This document shows, piece by piece, positions 52,855 to 61,500 of a stretch of DNA of 64,000 bases. The translations under genes were made by a program, and so were the position numbers. The notes beneath the pieces are model-generated. The model did not search any database. It worked only from the letters and a program-made list of their open reading frames with translations, and was not told the origin of the DNA. The DNA is from Clostridia bacterium (lineage in GTDB: Bacteria; Bacillota; Clostridia; Christensenellales; UBA1242), in assembly GCA_045635805.1 (NCBI GenBank), contig JAZTWI010000001.1:213627-277626 (forward strand), written 5' to 3'. Position 1 is the stretch's first letter. Each line of letters opens with the position of its first letter.

Positions 52855-53199
52855 ATGAAAAAATATTTATGTTTTGTATTGATGGGTTTTTTATTTTTAC
52901 TTGTATATTTTTCACAAGAAAGAGAGATGGTTAATTGTGTTAATAGTTGTAATATTGATTATGAAATAGTTAATCAAAATACTATAAAAATTGATGAGAA
53001 TAATCTTCAAAAATTTATCAAAAATTTAGATATAAATATACTTAGAATTAGTGATATTTCCGGCAGGCAAATTATAGAAGGATATACAACAAAATTTGAT
53101 GATTATTTTGTTATAAATAATCTAAAAATTAATATACAAATATCTCTATCTGATGGCGTTGCGATTATAGGTTCTCCACTCATTTTTGGTAGTTTTTAA
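52855..53199 (+). CDS. hypothetical secreted/anchored small protein
   Basis: 114 aa with a GGAG RBS and an N-terminal hydrophobic segment CFVLMGFLFLLVYF. Confidence 0.5.
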   Translation: MKKYLCFVLMGFLFLLVYFSQEREMVNCVNSCNIDYEIVNQNTIKIDENNLQKFIKNLDINILRISDISGRQIIEGYTTKFDDYFVINNLKINIQISLSDGVAIIGSPLIFGSF

Positions 53200-53258
53200 T
53201 TTGTGTGTATATGCCGTAAATTTGTGGTCAATAATGTGAATATCAAACGGAGGTTTTT

Positions 53259-53843
53259 ATGGGAAATTTAACAGTGAAACAAAAGATGATTTATGTACTT
53301 AAAAAATATGGATACTATTTTATTTTAGGTTTTCTTCTTGCCGGTCTAATCTTAATTATTGCTATTGCTTCAACTAAGACTAATAATCTACAAGATGAAA
53401 TCACGGAGCCGACAGGTGCTACTATTACACCATATCTTCCCGTGGCAAATGCAACTATTTACAAAGGTTACTATGGCGACTCGTTATGCTTCAATGAGAC
53501 CCTTAATCAGTGGGAGACTCATAAGGCTATCGATTTCTCAGTAGCAACAGGTAGCAAGGTGTTTGCTATTTTAGATGGTACGATTAAAGATATTTATACA
53601 AATATTTTAGAAGGTACAGTTGTTGTGGTGGAACACGAAAATGGACTAGTGAGTTCATATGGTTCTCTAGATGAAAATGTACTTGTGTCAAAAGGTGATA
53701 AGATTTCCAGGGGAGACGAAATAGGTTCGGTTGGAACTAGTGCTACATGTGAAGCTAGTGCTGGTGCACACTTACACTTTTCTCTAATGGAAGACGGTGA
53801 GAAAATTGACCCTTCTGCTTATTTGAATATTAGTAATAAATAA
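53259..53843 (+). CDS. M23/LytM-family peptidase with N-terminal TM anchor (SpoIIQ-like)
   Basis: HKAIDF (HxxxD), GDEIGSVG and AHLHFS motifs. One TM segment. Neighbourhood with spoIIID suggests a SpoIIQ-type role. Confidence 0.7.
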   Translation: MGNLTVKQKMIYVLKKYGYYFILGFLLAGLILIIAIASTKTNNLQDEITEPTGATITPYLPVANATIYKGYYGDSLCFNETLNQWETHKAIDFSVATGSKVFAILDGTIKDIYTNILEGTVVVVEHENGLVSSYGSLDENVLVSKGDKISRGDEIGSVGTSATCEASAGAHLHFSLMEDGEKIDPSAYLNISNK

Positions 53844-53866
53844 TAAGTTCAATTAATATAATTTGC

Positions 53867-53895
53867 TTTACAGATTTTTATAAAGTTGATAAAAT
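53867..53895 (+). promoter_or_regulatory. sigma-A-type promoter of acpP
   Basis: TTTACA-17 nt-TAAAAT. Confidence 0.45.
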
Positions 53896-53932
53896 ATAGT
53901 CATATTGAAAATCAATTTTTGAGGTGCAGATT

Positions 53933-54169
53933 ATGTCTTTTGATAAAGTTAAAAAATTACTTTGTGAGCAATTAAATATTAGTGAAGATAAAGTAACTAT
54001 GGAGAGTAAAGTCATTGATGATTTAGGAGCTGATTCACTAGATGTTGTTGAAATGCTTATGACTTTAGAAGATGAATTCAATATTACAGTATCTGATGAA
54101 GAGAGTGTTGCTCTTAAGACAGTTGGTGATATTGTTAAATTAATTGATGCTAAGTCAAAAAAGAAGTAA
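53933..54169 (+). CDS. acpP: acyl carrier protein
   Basis: 78 aa with the DLGADSLDVVEM phosphopantetheine site. ATG 53933 sits 8 nt after GAGG. Confidence 0.9.
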   Translation: MSFDKVKKLLCEQLNISEDKVTMESKVIDDLGADSLDVVEMLMTLEDEFNITVSDEESVALKTVGDIVKLIDAKSKKK

Positions 54170-54175
54170 AAAATT

Positions 54176-54204
54176 AAGATGTAGGTTCGCCTATATCTTT
54201 TTTT
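54176..54204 (+). terminator. Rho-independent terminator after acpP
   Basis: AAGATGTAGG-TTCG-CCTATATCTT followed by T7. Confidence 0.8.
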
Positions 54205-54215
54205 GTCGTCATTTG

Positions 54216-54244
54216 TCATAATTAATTAATTTTTGTCATACCTT
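54216..54244 (+). promoter_or_regulatory. candidate sigma-E-type promoter of spoIIID
   Basis: TCATAAT-14 nt-CATACCTT, with the same architecture as the yabP candidate. spoIIID is sigma-E dependent in B. subtilis. Confidence 0.35.
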
Positions 54245-54273
54245 ACCATAAGAAGTTTTCTAAGGGGTATGAT

Positions 54274-54528
54274 ATGAGAAGTAGGGCAGAAGAGTTTGCT
54301 GTATACATAATTGAAAATAGGGCAACTATTAGACAATGTGCCGATTATTATAAAATCAGTAAAAGTACCGTTCATAATGATATTTCAAAAAAATTGAAAA
54401 ATGTAAACAGGTTTCTCTATTATCACGTTTATAAGGTGCTAGACAATAATCTAAAAGAAAGGCATATTAGGGGTGGGCTAGCAACTCGGCATAAGTTCTA
54501 TCTGCAAAGGCTGAGTCTAAAAAAATAA
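54274..54528 (+). CDS. spoIIID: stage III sporulation protein D (HTH transcription factor)
   Basis: 84 aa. TIRQCADYYKISKSTVHNDISKKL and HIRGGLAT motifs parallel B. subtilis SpoIIID. Confidence 0.85.
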   Translation: MRSRAEEFAVYIIENRATIRQCADYYKISKSTVHNDISKKLKNVNRFLYYHVYKVLDNNLKERHIRGGLATRHKFYLQRLSLKK

Positions 54529-54564
54529 AATATAAAAATGTAGTACTATTCAAACAAATAAAAA

Positions 54565-54582
54565 ATCCCTGAACTCAGGGAT
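54565..54582. terminator. hairpin terminator (mainly for ttcA, minus strand)
   Basis: ATCCCTGA-AC-TCAGGGAT. A plus-strand A run at 54561-54565 gives a U run on the minus strand. Confidence 0.55.
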
Positions 54583-54592
54583 AATTTATTTG

Positions 54593-55333
54593 TTATTTTT
54601 TTTTCCAATATACATCGTCTTCGTATGCTCTGTCAAAAAGGTTGTACCTTTCCGGATGAGTGATTGCAGAGAATATTCTATCTTTTACAAAAGGGATTTC
54701 TTTTTGAATGTCCTTAATTACATCTTTTACATACTCTCTCTTTGTTAGTTTGTCAACAGGGCAGAGAGATTTTTGGACAGGCAAATTCTTTGCAACTGAT
54801 TTTATGTACTTTTCATCGGTTAGAATAAGTGGTCTAATTACGGTCATTCCTGTTCTATCCATATATAGTTTAGGTAAAAATGTGCTTAGTCTACCTTCAA
54901 AGAATAAACTGAGCAGAAAAGTGTGCATAACATCGTCTGCTGAGTGTCCTAGGGCAAGTTTATTACAGCCAAGTTCAATAGCTTTGGTGTTTAGCATACC
55001 CCTTCTTAGTTTAGCGCATAGACTACAAGGATTAGATTCTTTTCTCTCTTCAAACACTATTTCGTATATGTCAGAAGGGAATATATGGTATTCTACGCCT
55101 AATTCTCTGCAGAGTTCGCTTATTTGACTAAAGTCGCTTTTACCTGCAAACATATCTATTGTTATGGCTACAATTGAGAATTTTTGTGGTGAAAAAATGG
55201 CGTAATTTGCTAGTGCTTTGAGTAAAACTAGCGAGTCTTTTCCACCAGAAACGCCGATGGCAATTTTGTCGCCATCTTCTATTAATTTATATTCTTCTAC
55301 GGCTCTACGTAGATGGCTGAGTACTTTTTGCAT
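54593..55333 (-). CDS. ttcA: tRNA 2-thiocytidine biosynthesis protein TtcA-like (PP-loop ATPase)
   Basis: SGGKDS PP-loop and CSLCAKLRRG motif. ATG 55333 follows GAAGGA; the track start 55369 is 12 codons upstream. Confidence 0.7.
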   Translation of the reverse strand: MQKVLSHLRRAVEEYKLIEDGDKIAIGVSGGKDSLVLLKALANYAIFSPQKFSIVAITIDMFAGKSDFSQISELCRELGVEYHIFPSDIYEIVFEERKESNPCSLCAKLRRGMLNTKAIELGCNKLALGHSADDVMHTFLLSLFFEGRLSTFLPKLYMDRTGMTVIRPLILTDEKYIKSVAKNLPVQKSLCPVDKLTKREYVKDVIKDIQKEIPFVKDRIFSAITHPERYNLFDRAYEDDVYWKKK

Positions 55334-55429
55334 TGTTTTTCCTTCTTTTTTGCTAGTAAATTGTAACACATTTATTATTACTTTTCAATTAAAAATTTTA
55401 AATAGATTTTATTTATTTTTTTGTAATAG

Positions 55430-55482
55430 TTTGTCAAAATAGGCTCTATTCGTTTGACAAAAATATATAAAGTAAATAAACT
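55430..55482 (+). promoter_or_regulatory. promoter of giant lipoprotein gene with overlapping 9-bp inverted repeat (candidate operator)
   Basis: TTTGTCAAA (55430-55438) and TTTGACAAA (55453-55461) with a 14-nt spacer. The right arm contains TTGACA (55454-55459), followed by 17 nt and TAAACT (55477-55482). Confidence 0.4.
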
Positions 55483-55566
55483 AATTAAAGTACTATTATT
55501 ATTATATATTACTAAATAATTTTTATCATTTAAGTTATAATAAAAATACTAGATGGAGAAATGGAA

Positions 55567-58500
55567 ATGAGAAGAAAACTATTACTATTATGTTTATTGA
55601 TTTGTTCGATAATGGGACTATGGGCCTGTGGGTCTGACCCTTATCAAAATTTATCACTAACGGTATATTGCAATGACCAAGTTGTAGCAGACGATGCTGT
55701 TATCAACCTAAATATCAAGCAAGAAGCTGTCGGTGTATATAGTTATGAGCAGGTAGTGTTACTTGTAAAGGTTGATGACGATGATGATGAGACGGATAGG
55801 GGTATCACAGTTAGTGATGGTCAAGGTTTTGTAAATACAACCACACAATTTGACCCTAAATCAGGTATAACATCTATTGTTGTTAAGGCTAATTCGTACG
55901 CCAATACAGGTAATTTCTCATTAAAGATAAGTACTAATGAAGGTAATAAAGAGAGACTAATTAAGTTCAATATTGACCTAGCTCTAGAAAACTTTACCTT
56001 TAAAGAAGACTCTTTACAAGTAATAGGTAAGGGTAATTCTCTATCTTTAAAAAATGTAGATGACTATATTGATTTCTATCCAGCAGCAACCACTCAGAGA
56101 GACATCAAGGTTGAATTAGCAACACTTGCACCAGCAGGTGATGGTAGTGTTACACACTTTGTTGATGGTTGGTTAGATGGTGGTAACTTCTCATACCTAA
56201 ATGATGGAAAACAATTTGCTAGTATTATAGATGGAACACTTACAACATATAATTCATACGACAATGGCACGGGAACAATGGTTAAGGTTGCTTATCCTAC
56301 ACAGACCATCTCTGCTAGTATGGGTTCAGAGACTTTGCAACAAGAAGTAGTTGTTTTAAAAGCTAGTTTCTATCTTGCTTCAGAGAAAGAATATATTGAG
56401 AGATTTAAGGTTATACCTGTTATTGAGTCTTGTGAACAGATAGAAGTCTTCATGAATGCTCAACAGGGTGATTCTGACGAGTTTGCTATACCACTATCAG
56501 AAGCAGGGTATTATGAGATGGTTCTTATCGACCCTAGCTTTAGAGAAAATATCTTTACTTCAAACCTAGAATATTACATAGAGAGAGAATTAAATTTCGA
56601 ATTATCAGAGAACTTCCACGTAGAAGCAGATTCTACAGGAGAGAGTTTACCTGTAAATTTAGTTCCTATCACAGGCGAAAACCACTTCAAAGTTCACGCA
56701 ATGAAGGCTGGTATCTACAGTCACGAGTTTAGAATTGTGCACGATGATTACCCAGAGTTATTTGACCAAAGGGTAGTAGTTCAATTTACTGTTAAAGACT
56801 TACCAACAGATATCCTTATCAATGGCTCAGAGTCTGTAGGAGTGTTTACTATCTATGATTACTATGCTAATTCTAAAGGTGAGAGAATAGATATTGACCT
56901 AAATACTAAGGTTGGTAAATATGAGTATTGTATCTACACACAGGAATACGAAGGTATCTTAAGTGTTAATTTAAATACAGCTAGGTCTACAGAAAATCTA
57001 GTTTTTGCTAATTATATTAGAGACAGATACTTACTTACTACTACTGTAGAAGGTAAGGCTTATACTAAGTTTGGTCAGACTGACTCCTTCTATTTGAGTC
57101 ATTCATTTGATGTGTTACCAAATGTTGTATTACCTTTGTACATAGGTGTTTCTATTAATCTTTGTGCAGATAGTTATTACGAAGCGTATTCGCAATCAGA
57201 GATTTATGAGTACTTTATGAATCTTCTTATGAATAGACGTTTTTATGTTCAATTCCAAATGGGATTAAGGGCGTTTGAATTTGAAGGTGAAGATTTCCAT
57301 GTTGACCTAACAAATGATAAATATATGACTACAGGTAGACCTGCAGATGCTATACCATTATGTGTTCTTCCAGAAGGTCAAACTATTGATAGTTGTTTAG
57401 CAAAACTTGAATATGACAAGAGCTTAATCAATATTACAGAGTATAAACCTGCTGAGAGAAACGCTAGAACTGTGATTGTTGCTCAGTGCAATAATATTCG
57501 AAAAGAAGGAACAACAGCTGTTAGGTTCCTTGCAAGAAATGGTGTTGAAGGAAATGTAACAGTTTCTACATATATGCCAACTATTTATACGATGCACACA
57601 GAAGAGAATCCTGTTCCTTTAGCGATTACCGTTAATGAGAAGAGTAGTGGATACTTATATAGAATTTCTGGTAATTCTACATACGAAGACTTTGCTTCAC
57701 ACTTTGATAGATTACCAATGGTTGGAACATCTGGAGTTCTTGGAACATATGACTCTGTTCACACATTATTTGGTATAGTTGGAAATAAAATAGATATTTC
57801 CTTCCAAGACTTTACTTATATTGAAGATATTTTCAAGAGTTATGATATTACAAACAAAGTAAAAGTTTCATTTAATAACGATGGTTATGTAACATATTCA
57901 AATGGTGTACTTTCTTTACATAGATTAGTTCTAGATAAAGATATGCCTATCATTATGACACTTAAATATACAGGTGGATATGAAGTTCTAGATGAAAATA
58001 ACAAGCCTGTGTACCAAGAAGTTCTAGTTGAGCATAAGGTTAAAATTTATATATATAGTCCTTTGCAGGGTGTATCTATTTTATCTGAAAAGTCAGCAGA
58101 CTTATATGTGTATGATAGTTTAAGTTTCTTTGATAGAACTGCACCAGACACATCAAATGTTAAGACTAGAGATTTATCTTCTAATACTATTAGGGCATCA
58201 TTCAGTCCAAGTGAAAGAAATCTTGGTTCTGCTTGGAACGAAGAATTTGGTGGATATAAGCCACTAACATTAGTATATACCTGTGGAATGTTAGAAGAAG
58301 CAGTTAAAGATAAAAATGGCAAGGCTGTGGTTATTCAGTCAAATATGTCAGGACAAGACTATCCATTATATTACAAAGATATATTCGAAGTAGTTCCTGC
58401 AGAAAATGAGAGTTTAATCTATACTTGTCAGGTTAGAAGTAGACTAAGTGAAGACTTAATCGATTGGATTAAGGCATACTATGGTGGTATTTCTGCTACT

Positions 58501-61500
58501 AACTATAAGATACAGTCTTTCCTTGACAACTACATTTTAGACAAGGATTATAGCATAGTTGTTAATATCTTTGCTGGTCAGTTTGGAAAATTAAGCAATA
58601 TCAATACAATTACATATACTTGTTGCTATGCATCAAAAATCAATTCTCTTAAATTAAATGTTGATGATGATGGTGTATACTTTGATGTTAGAGATGGTAA
58701 ACAACAATCTATCATCGAATACACAATCGATAATGCTGAATGTTTAAATAAAGAGATGATTATCATTGGTGGTACAACTAACCACTATACAACAAAGATT
58801 GAATATGGTTCAGGTAATACAGGTAAAATCGTTATCGATACTATTGATAATATGGTTGATGGTGAGATTTATAGCCTAACAATTATTCCTAAAGACAATG
58901 TTTCTGATTACTCAGCCGCTGATGGCTATACCTTCTATACAGATTCATTGAATCAAACTATTAGAATTAAGATTGCCGATGGTTCAAAGGCACTTCCTTT
59001 TGAGATTAAGTCTACTATTGATTTCAAGGAAATGATAGAAGATATTAAGAGAGCAAATACATCACTTGCTTCTGATAATAGCATTAAATATTATCACTAC
59101 GTACTCGCTAGAGACATAAGCCTATATGGTGAGAATTTAGAAATTGTAGATGTAATGAGAAATGATAAGGGAACATTCTCATTATCTGGTAAACATACTT
59201 ATAGTAGAAACAACGAAGAAGTTACTACATACAATAGAATCTATAGTCTAACAATCAATAGAACCCTAAGTACTGTAGAAGACCATATGTATATCGGTCT
59301 ATTTGGTCAGATTGGTAGTAACGTTTCTATTGAGAATTTATCTATACTTAACTCTAAAGTTATGATAGAGACATCTCAAAAAGTAGAAAGAGCTGGTGAG
59401 ATTTATATTGGACTAGTTGCTGGTAAATTAATGGGAGCAACTCTACAATCAGTATCAGTATCTGGTAGTATAAAAACACAACTAGATGCACCAAATACTA
59501 CACTATATGTAGGTGGTATGGTAGGTCTAGATGACGCTGTAGCTGGTGGCGTTATTAAGAGTAGACCAGAGTCTGCTATTGCAGGTATGGTGGCTACTAG
59601 CAATAATACAATGATAGAAATTGAATTAAATGGCACTATCAAAGAACAAAACGTTGGTGGTGTAGCAGGTAAGATTTCTGCTTCTTCAATTCAAGTTCTA
59701 CAAGTTGTATCACAAATCAAATCAAAATCAACAGCAGGCATTGAAAATATCGGTGGTGTAGTTGGTTTATACGCTGCTAAAGATAGAACAATGACAGGAT
59801 TGCAAATAAGCCCTGTAATCGTTATAGAGAGTAGGGGTTCAGCAGTAGGTAACATTGGTGGTATTGCTGGTGAGTTTACTGCAGGAACAATCACAAATTC
59901 TAAGATTTACTTTACAAATCTAGGTGATGACTATTCACAAAAAGAAAAGATTGGTATCTATGTATCTGGTGTAGAAAATGCTGCTGTTGGTGGTTTAGTT
60001 GGTAAGGCAGATGGCACTGGTGCAGATACAAGAAATCTAAAATATTCTTATGTAAGAAGCTTCTATAATTGCGATATTCAAATGGGTAAATATGCCGGTA
60101 ATATCTTTGTTACAGACTGTCTAGAAGCAGTTGTTGGTGGAATTATCGGTTCAGTAAATATCTCAACAGTAGTTCAGAGTTCATACTTTGATGGCGACAT
60201 AATGGTTGATGCTGCATATGCTGTCCTAAAAGACGCTTCTGGAGAGACTGCAGACTATTATTATCCAATTGCTGTTGGTCTAATGTTTGGTGAAATTAAG
60301 GCTGGTAATGTTAAAGATTCTTATGGAATAGGAAAACTATACTATAATTTAACAACAACAGTTACTGATGAAACAGTAGACCCTGTAAAGGTTACAAAGA
60401 CAAATGAGTTCGTTGCAGTTAATACAATTTCAGGTAGAGACGGTATTATTGGTAATACTGAGTACGATGGTGTTGATGCGTCTATACTAGGCAAAGAATA
60501 TAGTAGTGCAACTATTAATGGTGTTAACTTTGATAAAGTTTACGCAGTGGTTAATGACTTAGCTCACTACTTTGCTAGTGGTACACTAGTTGTAACTGTA
60601 GAGTCTATGCAAAAATTAATAGACGATGGAGTTGCAGTTGATACTTTATCTTTATTTAGAGAACTTGATTATAAATTAACCACAGGTGAGCAAGATGGAA
60701 TACATACAGCACTTGATTATCAGTGGTTCTATAATGAGAAAATAAACTTATCTAGTGGACATGCTTATCCTATACTACTTTCTGCTAGTGGCCTTGCTAT
60801 GTATGACTTAGTACCAACTAGCATAGGTATTATAGTTAATGATGAAAACAAAAATATATTTAATATCTCATATACCGACGACTTTGCTGTTAGACATAAT
60901 CAAATGATAATGTTTGTGAAAAAGACAGCGCAAGGTGCTTATAGTAGCGATTATTATGAGATTATGGTTGATAGAAGTGCCGGTAGTGAACACGCTACTA
61001 TTAAAGTAACATTTAATGGAGAGAGTGTTGATACTTATCTAGTTGATATCGCTATTGATGACCAAATAGAGATTTTCCTAAAGGATAATAATTCTGTTCT
61101 AGAACTAGTAAACAATAGAATTTACCCAAGAAAAGAAGGTGTAGGAACTATTGAGATTAGAAGTTATCTAGATAAGACAATTAAAACAACAATAACCGTA
61201 AAAGTAATAGCAAGTGTAGATACAATCAAAATGTTTGAGATTGTAGATACAGATAGAGTAGAATTAGATGATGAAAATATCTGGGCAAATCCTACTCGTA
61301 GTGTTGTTTATATTGACGAAGCATCTAACTTTGAGATTTCTGCTTGTGATAGCGAAGGATATCAGTCAACTAAGGAGATTGGATATATCCTAGAATTGCT
61401 ATCATATACAGAGACAATAAATGTAGGCACAGAAGAAGAACCTGAAGAGCGTGAAATTAAGATAAATGGCTCAGTTGTTATCGATGGTGTGACATATGAG

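Noticed and set aside
53207-53235. Sigma-F-type forespore promoter (GTATA-14/15-GGTCAATAAT) upstream of the SpoIIQ-like gene.
   Set aside because: The -10 part matches the remembered GGnRAnAnTw consensus only partially, and I have no second independent example in the window.
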